DNA of 58,933 nucleotides. It comes from Caldisericia bacterium. GTDB lineage: Bacteria; Caldisericota; Caldisericia; UBA6126. The notes beneath the pieces were generated by a model that was not told the DNA's origin, did no database searches, and was given only the letters and a program-made list of their open reading frames with translations. The position numbers and the translations under genes were made by a program. The stretch is taken from contig DAOSES010000015.1 of NCBI GenBank assembly GCA_035363255.1, positions 1 through 58,933 on the forward strand. Direction: 5' to 3'. Shown one piece after another: positions 31,417-41,917 of the stretch. Numbering within the stretch: the stretch's first letter is position 1; each line of letters opens with the position of its first letter.

Positions 31417-31736
31417 GGAAATCTCTTGAGGTGAATAACACAGGTAACTGTGCCCCAAATTTCAGTCGCAGTATCACTGCCTTGAAGCATGAGGGGTCGC
31501 TTGTATCTCATCAAACTGCGACGACCATCCACAATGGCAAGCACAAGATCGTAGTCTCTTGGGGTACAACTGCGGTCAATAATCAAGACATCATCTTTGT
31601 AAACTTCAAACTCTTCGTAAGAAGATCCTTTGACGCGCATGAAAAAGGTGGATTCAGGATGAGGAACCAGATACTCATTAAGATTCATATTTTTTTCTCG
31701 ATAGTACTGGGCTGGCGATGGAAACCCTGTAGTCAT
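31413..31736 (-). CDS. umuD: UmuD-prime-like S24 peptidase-fold protein lacking the N-terminal arm
   Basis: It starts [12 protein letters not shown], matching E. coli UmuD from Gly25 onward (CG|FPSPA). A Ser (VKGSS) and a Lys (RYK) are retained. Confidence 0.7.
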   Translation of the reverse strand: MTTGFPSPAQYYREKNMNLNEYLVPHPESTFFMRVKGSSYEEFEVYKDDVLIIDRSCTPRDYDLVLAIVDGRRSLMRYKRPLMLQGSDTATEIWGTVTCVIHLKRFP

Positions 31737-31901
31737 GGTAGCACCTCCGTTGCATGATAGAAATTTATATTTACCTTCATGTTACTATTCATAGCAATTT
31801 ATTCATACATGTCAAGTATTCTTATATGAATTTCATTATTGCAATAAAATCATATTGCATTATACTGCTTACCGTAAACAAAAAAAACAAAGGAGATAAA
31901 A

Positions 31902-32549
31902 ATGATTTTTGCAAACTGGTTACAAGAGAAACTAGATGCCAAAAAACTTACGCAAATTGAGCTGGCAATGATGAGCGGTATCTCCCAATCTACTATATCG
32001 CGGTGGATACATGGAGAGCGTGAGCCTGATATCAACAAACTAAAAAAAATAGCTCAGGCGCTGGACCTTAGCGAAAAAGAAGTATTGGTGGCCTGCGGTA
32101 TCATCGCCCAGGATTTCTTTTCAGTAGAAGAAAACATGGCCACCATACCCATTCTTGCAGCATCGATTCCTTGTGGTGTTCCGTCATCTGAACTATCTTC
32201 CTATGTGACTGGCTACGAAAAGCTCAGTCATTCCTTCTTTTATTCTTGCGCTAAAGGCATTCAAAGCGACAATCTGCGTCTTTTTATTGTCAGAGCGAAA
32301 GGTGACTCCATGATAGGCAAAGGAATCATTGAAGGCAATATGGTTATCTTTTCCCCTGATCTGGAAGTTAAAAACGGTGATATCGCTGTAGTAGAGCTCC
32401 CAGAGCATGGCATGTGCATAAAAGAAGTGCTCTTTCAGGATCAAGCCACCATCCTCAAATCTGCCAATCCTGCTTATGATCCCATTGTAATCATTGCACA
32501 GCCTGTACGCATTGTAGGCAAGGTTTTGATGCATATCGGATATTTATAG
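31902..32549 (+). CDS. LexA/CI-like repressor: XRE-type HTH + S24 autopeptidase
   Basis: HTH LTQIELAMMSGISQSTISRWIHGE, a putative cleavage site VACG, Ser in AKGDSM and Lys in CIKEV. It is divergent from umuDC. Confidence 0.8.
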   Translation: MIFANWLQEKLDAKKLTQIELAMMSGISQSTISRWIHGEREPDINKLKKIAQALDLSEKEVLVACGIIAQDFFSVEENMATIPILAASIPCGVPSSELSSYVTGYEKLSHSFFYSCAKGIQSDNLRLFIVRAKGDSMIGKGIIEGNMVIFSPDLEVKNGDIAVVELPEHGMCIKEVLFQDQATILKSANPAYDPIVIIAQPVRIVGKVLMHIGYL

Positions 32550-32558
32550 GAGGAAGCC

Positions 32559-33641
32559 ATGCAAACCATCTCACAGGCAAAAATCACTGAAGTGCAATGG
32601 CTTGACGATCAACAGCTCGTAGCTATCGATCATCCTGACCTATATCCTGGTGGAGGAGGCCAGCTTCCCGACAAAGCTACGATCACAACTTCCATAGGAA
32701 GCTTTCCCATTCACGAGACCATTTTTGTAGGCGAAAAGCACTTTTGGAAAATAGCCTCTCCCGTTAAACTGGGCCTTGAAGATATTACCATCCATATCGA
32801 TCCTCTATGGCGTCTTGAGTTGAGTCAACAGCATACTGCTCAGCATATTCTTTCTGCTCATGCCAAAAAACTCTATGATTGGGAAAGCACTGGTTTTACT
32901 ATCTTTGCAGAAAACTCTAAAATAGAGTTTTTGACAGAAGTTGACCCTGTGGATGCTTGCGAAAAGCTTGAAAATGCTGTTCTTGATAGCATCACTCACG
33001 ACTTACCTGTCTCCATCCACCAGGCTGAATCCACCCAGGGCCTTCGTAAAGGTCAGGATTATGAACATTTACGTGTTGTTGAAATTGAAGGTCTTGATCG
33101 TTGTGGTTGTGGCGGAACTCATGTTTCCAAAAGTTCGCATATTGGAGCTTTTTCTATCTTAAAGTGGGAACGTAAAAATAAGGCTTCGATTCGTATTACT
33201 TTTGCTGCAGGCTTACGCCTGGGAAAGCTTGCCAAAAAATATACTACCTGGGAATACGAGCTTCGCAAAAAACTAACAGGAGAAGTAGAGGAGCGAATCG
33301 ATGACCTTCTTACTCAAACTCAACAACAAAGTAAAAACGAAAAAAAGTGGCTTCATATTCTGTCCGAACATCTTCCCATCACTTCCCACTGGACAGTGAT
33401 GAGAGATCTTCCTGTTCAAATGGATGCTATACGCTATTTGGCAAACGTGATTCACCAGGGACGGGGAAACGCTCTTTTGATTTCCGAGGACAAACAATTT
33501 ATCATTGCTGGTCCAAACGCTGAAAAGTTAATGCAAGTCTTGCGCTCCCACGGTGCTAAAGGAGGTGGGAAAAACCTCATCAATGGCACCATGGACTCCA
33601 CTCTATCCCAACAGGTAGAAAAACTTATCGAAAAGCTTTAA
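32559..33641 (+). CDS. AlaX-L type alanyl-tRNA editing protein (tRNA_SAD + DHHA1-like)
   Basis: Zinc motifs HTAQHILSAH and CGCGGTHV, with a Gly-rich C-terminal module (AKGGGKNLINGTM). Confidence 0.75.
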   Translation: MQTISQAKITEVQWLDDQQLVAIDHPDLYPGGGGQLPDKATITTSIGSFPIHETIFVGEKHFWKIASPVKLGLEDITIHIDPLWRLELSQQHTAQHILSAHAKKLYDWESTGFTIFAENSKIEFLTEVDPVDACEKLENAVLDSITHDLPVSIHQAESTQGLRKGQDYEHLRVVEIEGLDRCGCGGTHVSKSSHIGAFSILKWERKNKASIRITFAAGLRLGKLAKKYTTWEYELRKKLTGEVEERIDDLLTQTQQQSKNEKKWLHILSEHLPITSHWTVMRDLPVQMDAIRYLANVIHQGRGNALLISEDKQFIIAGPNAEKLMQVLRSHGAKGGGKNLINGTMDSTLSQQVEKLIEKL

Positions 33642-36567
33642 CAATTGAGCCGAACAACTCCCCATGATCCTTAAGTTTTTTTTCATTTCCCAGCACACAA
33701 TAGCAATTCATCGAAGTGCAAGCCGTGATATACTCGCTTAAGGTGTGAATATCCTTTAAAGAGACTCTCAGTATCTCGTCTCGCTCTTGCTGGATCTCTT
33801 CTTGAGTTACTCCACTGAGATATTGAATATCAGATTTTTGACCTATCATCGATGGGGTAAGAGGGGCATCGAGTTGACTCATGGTGCCGATTAAATATTT
33901 GCGCAATTCTCTTTCGCTCAAATCAATTTTGGATAGGTAAGCGCCTAGGTGGTCATAGCTTGCCAAAGTTTCTTTGAGTTTGGGATCACGATATGACCCA
34001 AGAACAACTCTGCCATTGCGTGATATTTTTATGAACGCTCCGTACGCTCCACCCATAATACGAATTCGGTTCCAGAGATAATCAAGACTGGCAAGAGACT
34101 CTAATACTTGCAAGGCTCCATGGTAGGGAAATCGTAGTTTTTTGTAGTTATACCCTTTCAGAACGTACTGAACTTTACTGGAAGTGCTAATACCCTCATT
34201 TCTTATTTCTTCGCAAAAAGGATAAACAATGCTTTCAAGAGCTGAGTTGCGTGGAATATGGTGCATCAAGGTGGAAACAAGAGTTTTGGCTTTTTCAAGA
34301 TCCTCCCTGGGACCAGTTATGCTATAGGTCATTTCCCTGGGGCTGAAGATTTTTCCACATACTTCTTTCAGGGAAGCTATAAACACTTCTGGAGCTTGAT
34401 TCCATAAGTGTTCCTGGTCTAACAAAAAGTGGTAAAAACTAAGTCCGTTCATTTCTTCGTTCCAGCTTCCGGAGGGAGAAAAGTAGGAGTTTAGTCTTTT
34501 TGCAGCTAATACGTGACCTTGGTGGTGAATGCTCGATTCATATCCTGATTTCATCTCACACATCAGCTCTTTGATGCGTTTTGAATCTTCGAGAAGAGTG
34601 TGAAATAGTATCTGCTCCAAGAGTTCAAGTAGCTTGGGAAAAGAAGGAGTGAGTGATTTTGCCTGCACGCACATAAATCGATCGAATTGGGCTATGTCAT
34701 GATAGTTATTGATAGCCATAGTGTTGATGCTTAAACCACCAGTATAAAGAAAAAGTTGATTGGAAAGATCGCTATATGAATATTGAACTGTGCTCATTTT
34801 GCTAAGTAAATTTGATAAGATGGTGGCATACGGAAGCTCTTTTTGAGAAAGGGTGGAAAGGTCAAAATACAGATTCAAGTATAGTATGTTCTGTGTGGAG
34901 ATTGGATGGAGCAGTAAAGTATCTTCCTTAACTTTTTCTATCTCGAGGGGCAAAACTTCACTTTGAGCAAGAATGTCTTCTCTTTTCAAGAGAGGTATAC
35001 TGTTTAATCCTTCAATAGTATCCGGGGTCTCTTGCATCATTTTCAGCTTTTTGGTCTCTTCGATCCATGCTTCAATTTCATTTTCATTTGCTTCATTCTT
35101 TATCTTTTGTAATTTTTCCTTCAGTTTTGCTTCGTTCATTTCCTCCAGACCTTTTTCAGGTACTATCATTACATCAGCAGAATGGGGATTTGTTAGAAGT
35201 AAATCTTTAATCATTTTTTCAAACAAAGCTTCCTTGGATTCCTTGCGAATAAGCTCAAGAGTTTTGTTAAAAGCTAGGTGTGTGCAGGGTTCACCATCAT
35301 AAAGCCAACTATCCATGATGCTTAAGCCATAAAACAAGCCTTTGGGGTATCCATGATAATCAGCTTCTCTGAGTTGAAACTCATGAATGTTGATGGAAGC
35401 CTGGACTAAATCCTGGTCAATACCATTTTCTACTAAATCTTGAAGTGTAGCTTGAATAACAGATATGAAAATCTCACGTTTCTCTGGTGAAGCATTTTTT
35501 GCAAGTACTCCCAAGACTGCTTGCTGAATGTTCAAATCTATAAAACCATCTATTTCTTCTGCAATATCAGCTTCAATAAGTGCTTTTTTTAATGGAGATG
35601 CTGGCGTGCCCAGTAGGATGTGTTCAAGGATATCAAGGCTCATATACTGAATTGGATCTGTGGTTCTTCCGCAAACAAAACTCAAGCTAAAATAAGCTTT
35701 TTGATCGCATTGCTCTTCTTGCCCAGCAGAGTAGGAGGCATTAGCACTGAGTCTTTTTTGAAAAGCACTTTGGAGAGGAATATTTTGAAAATCAGTTCTC
35801 TTAGAAAAAGCAGATAAGTACTCTTTATCGAGATAATCGAGCCACTCATGTATATCCACGTCTCCATAAAGATAAATAAAAGAATTACTGGGGTGATAGT
35901 ACTTTCGGTGTTCATTTAAAAAATGCTCATAACTAAGATGCGGGATATCATCAGGCTTTCCTCCCGACTCAAACCGATAAATGGTGTCGGGGAAGAGAGT
36001 CTGAGTGATCTTGTCAAAAAGAATGCTGTCGGGAGTGGAGTATGCTCCCTTCATTTCGTTGTAAACAATGCCCTGAATAGCTAAATCATCTTTAAGAGAA
36101 GAAATATCATAGTGCCAACCCTCCTGATGAAAAATGGAGGGATTAGTGTAAATATTGGGATACAAAACAGCGTCCAGATAAACATCAACCAGGTTTTTAA
36201 AATCTATCTTATTTTTACTTGCAACGGGATATATAGTTTTGTCTGGATAGGTCAATGCATTGAGAAAAGTATTTAACGAGCCTTTGGCAAGCTCTATGAA
36301 AGGCTCTTTAACAGGATACTTTCTTGAGCCACAAAGAACTGAATGTTCAAGGATATGAAAAACTCCACTATGATCGGTAGGAAGCGTTTTGAATGCAATG
36401 TAAAAAACTTTGTTATCGTCCTGATTTTTTAAAAAGATGCATTTTGCACCGCTGATTTTGTGTTCAAAGACACTTACATCGGAAGAAATTTCTTCAAGGT
36501 AGTGCTGATCTATTTTCTTGTAGGCTGCATTACAATTTTGATTTTCTTGATTCATAATTACTCCCAT
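33625..36567 (-). CDS. M16C-family (PreP/insulinase-like) zinc metallopeptidase
   Basis: Inverted zinc motif HILEHSVLCGSRKYP...E, and about 980 aa as in PreP-like proteins. Confidence 0.85.
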   Translation of the reverse strand: MGVIMNQENQNCNAAYKKIDQHYLEEISSDVSVFEHKISGAKCIFLKNQDDNKVFYIAFKTLPTDHSGVFHILEHSVLCGSRKYPVKEPFIELAKGSLNTFLNALTYPDKTIYPVASKNKIDFKNLVDVYLDAVLYPNIYTNPSIFHQEGWHYDISSLKDDLAIQGIVYNEMKGAYSTPDSILFDKITQTLFPDTIYRFESGGKPDDIPHLSYEHFLNEHRKYYHPSNSFIYLYGDVDIHEWLDYLDKEYLSAFSKRTDFQNIPLQSAFQKRLSANASYSAGQEEQCDQKAYFSLSFVCGRTTDPIQYMSLDILEHILLGTPASPLKKALIEADIAEEIDGFIDLNIQQAVLGVLAKNASPEKREIFISVIQATLQDLVENGIDQDLVQASINIHEFQLREADYHGYPKGLFYGLSIMDSWLYDGEPCTHLAFNKTLELIRKESKEALFEKMIKDLLLTNPHSADVMIVPEKGLEEMNEAKLKEKLQKIKNEANENEIEAWIEETKKLKMMQETPDTIEGLNSIPLLKREDILAQSEVLPLEIEKVKEDTLLLHPISTQNILYLNLYFDLSTLSQKELPYATILSNLLSKMSTVQYSYSDLSNQLFLYTGGLSINTMAINNYHDIAQFDRFMCVQAKSLTPSFPKLLELLEQILFHTLLEDSKRIKELMCEMKSGYESSIHHQGHVLAAKRLNSYFSPSGSWNEEMNGLSFYHFLLDQEHLWNQAPEVFIASLKEVCGKIFSPREMTYSITGPREDLEKAKTLVSTLMHHIPRNSALESIVYPFCEEIRNEGISTSSKVQYVLKGYNYKKLRFPYHGALQVLESLASLDYLWNRIRIMGGAYGAFIKISRNGRVVLGSYRDPKLKETLASYDHLGAYLSKIDLSERELRKYLIGTMSQLDAPLTPSMIGQKSDIQYLSGVTQEEIQQERDEILRVSLKDIHTLSEYITACTSMNCYCVLGNEKKLKDHGELFGSIVKAFR

Positions 36568-36602
36568 CCTTATTTTTCTTATGTTCAGTATAAGCTAATT
36601 TT

Positions 36603-36631
36603 TGCATGCGACAACAAGTTAATGTAGAATA
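36603..36631 (+). promoter_or_regulatory. Sigma70-type promoter for mobB-moaA (TTGCAT-17-TAGAAT)
   Basis: Near-consensus -35 and -10 hexamers with a 17-nt spacer, about 35 nt upstream of ATG 36668. RBS GAGGA. Confidence 0.45.
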
Positions 36632-36667
36632 TAAGCCTGATTTAAGGGAAAGCTGAGGATAGTAGCT

Positions 36668-37348
36668 ATGCCAAGGGTTGTTATCATACAAGGAGCATCC
36701 GGATCTGGTAAAACCACACTCATAAAGCACTTGCTTTCATTTGCAGCGATGGAAGCCAAAAATATCGGTATCATTAAAAGTTGTGGTCATGAAATCAGCA
36801 TTGATGATGATGCTAAAAAAGATTCTTTCATATTTCAGCAGGCAGGTGCTGATAAAATCCTTTTATACCAGGGTCAACAACATACTCTTTTTAGTTATTC
36901 GGAGGATGTTTCCCTTCATGATTTAATCGATTCCTATTTTTCCGATTTTGATTTTGTATTTGTCGAAGGATTTGCTGCTTCTACTGCTTTTCCACGAATT
37001 GTGGTGATGCGTAGCACAACTACTCCAAAAACTCTCACTGACAAACACAATCTGATAGCTGTTGCCTCAGATGTCCCTTGTATATCCCCCTTTAGTGATG
37101 TTCCAGTGTTAGATCTGAATAATCCTTTAAGTATCTACAATTTCATTTGTGCCAATCCCTTTTCTTCCGCTCAGACTACCCTCAAAATTAACGGTCAGGT
37201 AGTACCTATGAATCATTTCGTAGAAAACATGCTCATCAATACCATTCTTGGTTTAGTCAAAAGCATCAAAAAAGATGACAATGAAGATACCCGTTCTCTA
37301 CAAATCAGTATTCATCTATCTCCCAACTCAAAAAAGGCCAATTCATGA
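36668..37348 (+). CDS. mobB: MobB (molybdopterin-guanine dinucleotide biosynthesis adapter, P-loop) with a C-terminal extension of about 60 aa
   Basis: N-terminus VVIIQGASGSGKTTLIKHLL. Confidence 0.75.
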   Translation: MPRVVIIQGASGSGKTTLIKHLLSFAAMEAKNIGIIKSCGHEISIDDDAKKDSFIFQQAGADKILLYQGQQHTLFSYSEDVSLHDLIDSYFSDFDFVFVEGFAASTAFPRIVVMRSTTTPKTLTDKHNLIAVASDVPCISPFSDVPVLDLNNPLSIYNFICANPFSSAQTTLKINGQVVPMNHFVENMLINTILGLVKSIKKDDNEDTRSLQISIHLSPNSKKANS

Positions 37349-38184
37349 ACTCCATCAACCACCTTCGCATATCTGTCACCCAGCGATGCAATATTAAGTG
37401 TTTTTACTGTCATCATGAAGGTCAGGAACAGATTTCCAGAGAAATGACTCCTGATGAAATCTATGTTCGTGTAAAAGATATGGCTCAGTTGGGTATAGAA
37501 TATGTCAAAATCACCGGAGGAGAACCTTTGCTTCGGGTAGATATTATGGACATCATCGCTAAAATTCGATCTCTTCCTGAAATCAAAGAAATCAGCATGA
37601 CTACCAATGGTTTTTTACTAAAAGAGTTGGCTTGCAATCTTAAAAAAGCAGGCCTGGATCGCATCAACGTAGGTTGTGATGCTCTTTATTCCAATGAATT
37701 ACCAAAAAGTATGGATATCATTCTCCCAGGAATTCAACAAGCACTTTTAGCAGGTCTTCGACCCATTAAAGTTAATATGGTCGTACTAAAAGGGCTCAAT
37801 GACCATGAAATCCCCACCATGATCCAACATGCCTCCCAAGTAGGTTTTATTCTCCAGCTTATTGAATTGATACCCAATGGCAACCCTTCTTTTGATCAAT
37901 ACCATTTGTCTTTGGACAATATCGAAAAGGACTTGGAAAAACGAGCTGATAAAGTCATGGTGCGAAGTTTACAAGGAAGAAAACAATTCCATTTGGGAAA
38001 CGCTATAATTGAAATTGTGGGACCTACCCAATCAGGTTTTTGTGAGGCTTGCAAAAAAATCCGTATCACCTCGGACGGCATGATCAAACCTTGCCTCATG
38101 CGTTCTGACAATCTGATACCTTATACTGGGATAGAGTCTATCAAAAAAGCGTTGAAACTTAAATCTCCCTATCATCCTGCATAA
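37345..38184 (+). CDS. moaA: GTP 3',8-cyclase MoaA (short, archaeal-type radical SAM)
   Basis: CNIKCFYCHHEG radical-SAM cluster and the second-cluster Cys CEACKK...C. Confidence 0.85.
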   Translation: MNSINHLRISVTQRCNIKCFYCHHEGQEQISREMTPDEIYVRVKDMAQLGIEYVKITGGEPLLRVDIMDIIAKIRSLPEIKEISMTTNGFLLKELACNLKKAGLDRINVGCDALYSNELPKSMDIILPGIQQALLAGLRPIKVNMVVLKGLNDHEIPTMIQHASQVGFILQLIELIPNGNPSFDQYHLSLDNIEKDLEKRADKVMVRSLQGRKQFHLGNAIIEIVGPTQSGFCEACKKIRITSDGMIKPCLMRSDNLIPYTGIESIKKALKLKSPYHPA

Positions 38185-38245
38185 AATTGCCTGAGATTCA
38201 AGCTCTTTGATTCGTTGAGGTTTTTTGATATAGTTATAAGCAATT

Positions 38246-39520
38246 ATGGATGCATGGATAGCTAATGGCATGCTTTTTGATACTGAGTCTCAATCTTTTT
38301 CCAGAAAGTGCATCCATTTTAGGCATGAGTTGATTGCAGAAATATCCGATCGAGTTCCAGAGGATGCATTTGAAGTCATCGATGCTCGCGATTCCTATAT
38401 CGTGCCGGGTTTTATTGATATTCACACCCACCTGCGTGAGCCTGGACAAGAAATAAAGGAAACCATACAAAGCGCCACCAAGGCTGCTGCAAAGGGTGGT
38501 TATACTACCCTCACTGCTATGGCAAATACTTCCCCTCCCATTCATGATGAAGCTATGTGGATACAGGTCCAAAAAATTATTCAAAACAATGCACTGATAA
38601 AAGTTATCCAATGTGGCACCATCAGCAAAGAACTCAAGGGTATGGAGCTATCTGATCTTCTTCAAAGAGGTCTTTGCTCTGTCTATTCAGATGACGGAAA
38701 AGGACTATCCGATTCCAAATTGCTTTCTGACGCCATAAAGCTAGCAAAACAACATCAATCTCTTTTGATCATGCACGAAGAAGATTCCCTTCTCTCAGAA
38801 AAAGGTGTAGCTGCTCAGGGCCTACTCTCAGAACAATTCCATCTCCCTGGTATACCCGCATCATCCGAATCTTCCATGCTTGCAAGAGATCTTTTTATTT
38901 CCCATGACTTGGATTATCCGCTCCACTTTACCCATCTTTCCTCTTCACAGAGCGTCCATTTACTAAACTGCGCGATGGAGCATTCCTATAAATTCAGTAG
39001 CGACACAACTCCGCATCATCTCTTTTTTTCCGATGCTAATGTGGATACCCAGAATTCAGATTTCAAAGTAAACCCTCCCATTCGAAGCGAGTATGATAGA
39101 CAAACTCTCATTAAGGCGCTTAAGAAGGGAATTATCACCTGTATCGGCACAGATCATGCTCCTCACACCTCTGAAGAAAAAGCTCAGGATTTTATGCATG
39201 CACCCTTTGGCATCAGTGGTATCGAAACTGCCTTTCCAGCCTTATACACTTCTCTCGTACTTCCAGGTCATCTATCCATGGAAGATTTGCTCCTCTACCT
39301 TACTCATCGTCCAGCAACCTTGCTGAAACTTGAAAAATTGGGAGCACTGAAACCTGGATATCGCTCAGACATTACGATCCTTTCGCTTCTACAAAAGAAA
39401 GTTTCAAAGAATGAGCTGGTTTCTCAAGGAAAAAACACTCCCTTTGCAGGTCACACCCTTACTGGATGGCCTATTTTAACTATTTATGGAGGCGAGATTG
39501 TCTATCAGCAAACTTTTTAA
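38246..39520 (+). CDS. pyrC: Dihydroorotase
   Basis: DIHTHLREPG, and the metal-binding His/Asp pattern DHAPH. Confidence 0.85.
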   Translation: MDAWIANGMLFDTESQSFSRKCIHFRHELIAEISDRVPEDAFEVIDARDSYIVPGFIDIHTHLREPGQEIKETIQSATKAAAKGGYTTLTAMANTSPPIHDEAMWIQVQKIIQNNALIKVIQCGTISKELKGMELSDLLQRGLCSVYSDDGKGLSDSKLLSDAIKLAKQHQSLLIMHEEDSLLSEKGVAAQGLLSEQFHLPGIPASSESSMLARDLFISHDLDYPLHFTHLSSSQSVHLLNCAMEHSYKFSSDTTPHHLFFSDANVDTQNSDFKVNPPIRSEYDRQTLIKALKKGIITCIGTDHAPHTSEEKAQDFMHAPFGISGIETAFPALYTSLVLPGHLSMEDLLLYLTHRPATLLKLEKLGALKPGYRSDITILSLLQKKVSKNELVSQGKNTPFAGHTLTGWPILTIYGGEIVYQQTF

Positions 39521-40286
39521 AGCAAAGATATCGGAAAATCTAGCGTTAAGCTCGGATATTTATCGCCTGACCCTTTCTATACCTTCTGAAGAAAGCTTGG
39601 CCCTTGGCCCAGGTCAGTTTGTGATGTTGTCCTGCCCCGGACCAGAGTCTGTATTTCTCAAACGTCCTTTTAGTGTAGCCAACTATTCCAATAGAGAGCT
39701 TCATATTCTTTATCGTATCCTGGGAAAAGGCACTCAAAATCTTCAACAAATAAGACCAGGTCAAACAATCGACATGATTGCTCCTTGCGGAAACTCCTTT
39801 TCACTGCCCCCCCAGGGGAAGTTGCTTCTTATGGCGGGTGGTATGGGAGTAGCTCCGCTAAGTTTCCTTTGTCAGAGAGCACTTCAAAGTCAGCTTTTTT
39901 CTGAGATTTATTTTTTTTACGGAACAAGTCAAAATCTTGACCGGATTTCATTTCATTTTTCGGAAGACAATCGAGTACATTTTTTTCATCATTCTGACTA
40001 TGAGAAAAATCTATACCAAGGACACATCATGAATTTCTTTGAACAAACCAAAACTACGAATGATTTTGTTCAAGCCTATTCTTGCGGTCCAACCACAATG
40101 ATGCAAAGTTTTTCCCAGTGGTGCACTACTCATCATATCCCGCTTCAAGTATCTCTGGAAAAGCATATGGCTTGCGGGATGGGTTCTTGTTATGGGTGCA
40201 GTATTCAAACCCGTCAAGGTATGCAGAGCATTTGTCATGACGGACCTGTTTTTGATCACTTAGAAATCTTATGGGACAAAGTATGA
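39486..40286 (+). CDS. pyrK: Dihydroorotate dehydrogenase electron-transfer subunit PyrK
   Basis: FAD/NAD-binding fold and a C-terminal [2Fe-2S] motif CGMGSCYGCSIQ...C. Confidence 0.85.
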   Translation: MEARLSISKLFKAKISENLALSSDIYRLTLSIPSEESLALGPGQFVMLSCPGPESVFLKRPFSVANYSNRELHILYRILGKGTQNLQQIRPGQTIDMIAPCGNSFSLPPQGKLLLMAGGMGVAPLSFLCQRALQSQLFSEIYFFYGTSQNLDRISFHFSEDNRVHFFHHSDYEKNLYQGHIMNFFEQTKTTNDFVQAYSCGPTTMMQSFSQWCTTHHIPLQVSLEKHMACGMGSCYGCSIQTRQGMQSICHDGPVFDHLEILWDKV

Positions 40287-41197
40287 ACCTACTTCAAACT
40301 TCTCTTGCTTCGTTGAAATTAAAAAATCCCTTAATACCAGCTTCAGGTACTTTTTTTTCTTTAAACCGTCTTCCTGAAAATTTCCCGCTGGAAAGACTTG
40401 GAGTTTATTTATGTAAAACCATCACACGAGAAGCTCGTTTTGGAAACGAACAACCGCGAATAAAAGAATGCTCAAGTGGTATGATGAATTCCATCGGACT
40501 TGAAAACAAAGGTTGGGATGACTTTGAAAAAAATACTCTCCCTCAAATACTGCAAATTCAAAACTCCAAATGGATCAGTATTGCAGGGTCAAGCGTTGAA
40601 GATTATGTGTTCCTGGCTCAAAAACTTTCGTCTTATCCCATTGATGCGATAGAAATAAACGTTTCCTGCCCCAATATTCATCAGGGAGGTATTCAGTTTT
40701 GCCAACACCAAGCCTCCTTAAAAGAAGTCATACGACAGGTAAGAGCAGTATCTCCTCATTTTTTAGTCACCAAAATTGCTATTGAGACTTATCCCCTCAA
40801 AGAGGCCTTAAAAATTATTGAAGACGAAGGTTCAGATGCAGTTTGCATAGGTAACACCTTGCGAGGTCTTTCCATCGAAATATCAACAGGAAAGCCTACT
40901 TTCAAAAAGATCTTTGCAGGATATTCCGGTCCTGCTATCAAACCAATTGCTCTTAGAGCAGTTTACGAAGCTCGTCAGTGGATGGGAGCCTATCCTATCA
41001 TTGGATGTGGAGGGATAAGCACCCACGAAGATGTATTGGAGTTTATCATGGCTGGAGCAAATGCTGTTGAAATTGGAACTGCGAATTTTCTCAATCCACT
41101 GGCGATGATTGACATACTAGATAAACTCCAGGCTCATTGTCAAGAAAAAGCTTTTCCCTTGAATCATTTTTTGAATCAAGCTCATCAGGAGGTTTAG
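40283..41197 (+). CDS. pyrD: Dihydroorotate dehydrogenase (class 1B) catalytic subunit
   Basis: LKNPLIPASGT...NVSCPN...IGCGGIS. ATGA overlap with the pyrK stop. Confidence 0.9.
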   Translation: MNLLQTSLASLKLKNPLIPASGTFFSLNRLPENFPLERLGVYLCKTITREARFGNEQPRIKECSSGMMNSIGLENKGWDDFEKNTLPQILQIQNSKWISIAGSSVEDYVFLAQKLSSYPIDAIEINVSCPNIHQGGIQFCQHQASLKEVIRQVRAVSPHFLVTKIAIETYPLKEALKIIEDEGSDAVCIGNTLRGLSIEISTGKPTFKKIFAGYSGPAIKPIALRAVYEARQWMGAYPIIGCGGISTHEDVLEFIMAGANAVEIGTANFLNPLAMIDILDKLQAHCQEKAFPLNHFLNQAHQEV

Positions 41198-41917
41198 ATG
41201 AAATTAAGTGCTAAAGAACGTTTGATACTTAGCCTGGACTTTGAAGATAAAGACTCTGCTCTTTATTTGCTTGAAAGTTTAAAAAATGAGTTGGTATATT
41301 GCAAAGTAGGTTTACAGCTCTTTACTAAATACGGGATCGCTCTCCTTCATGAAATCAAAAAGATGGGTTTTCGGATTTTTCTTGATTTAAAGTTTCATGA
41401 TATACCCAACACTGTAGCATCTGCCATTAAATCACTTGATAGCATCGAAGTTGATTTGCTTAACATCCACGCAACATGCGGATTTGATGGTCTAAAGCTT
41501 GCCAAAGAAACACTACAAAACCTTCATCCTGCATCAAAGCTGATTGCCGTGACTGTTCTCACCTCTCTAAACGATGACGCTCTTCAACAGATGGGTATCC
41601 CTGTAAAAAGTGAAGCATTAGTGCTTCAATTGTGCAAAGTATCTCAGAATGCGGGTTTGGATGGTGTTGTTTGCTCTGCTCAGGAAGTTCAAAACATCAA
41701 GAATACGCTGGGAAAAGATTTTCTTGCAGTATGTCCTGGAATCCGACGCGCCACCGACGATATTAATGATCAAAAACGTATTGTAAGCCCAATGCAGGCC
41801 ATTAAAAATGGAGCAGATTGGATTGTAGTTGGACGACCTATAATCAAAGCTTCTTCTCCAGCTGAAGAAGTCGGTTTAATCATCAATGAAATTGAGAAAG
41901 GAATGCAAGATGACTGA
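41198..41917 (+). CDS. pyrF: Orotidine-5'-phosphate decarboxylase
   Basis: LILSLDF..., DLKFHDIPNT, VGRPI. Confidence 0.85.
   Translation: MKLSAKERLILSLDFEDKDSALYLLESLKNELVYCKVGLQLFTKYGIALLHEIKKMGFRIFLDLKFHDIPNTVASAIKSLDSIEVDLLNIHATCGFDGLKLAKETLQNLHPASKLIAVTVLTSLNDDALQQMGIPVKSEALVLQLCKVSQNAGLDGVVCSAQEVQNIKNTLGKDFLAVCPGIRRATDDINDQKRIVSPMQAIKNGADWIVVGRPIIKASSPAEEVGLIINEIEKGMQDD

Noticed and set aside
31737-31901. Looked for a Cheo-type LexA box (GAAC-N4-GTTC) in the umuDC/repressor intergenic region
   Set aside because: None is present. The only palindromes are the TATTGCAATA-type sites, so control is probably by the local HTH-S24 repressor rather than a canonical LexA.
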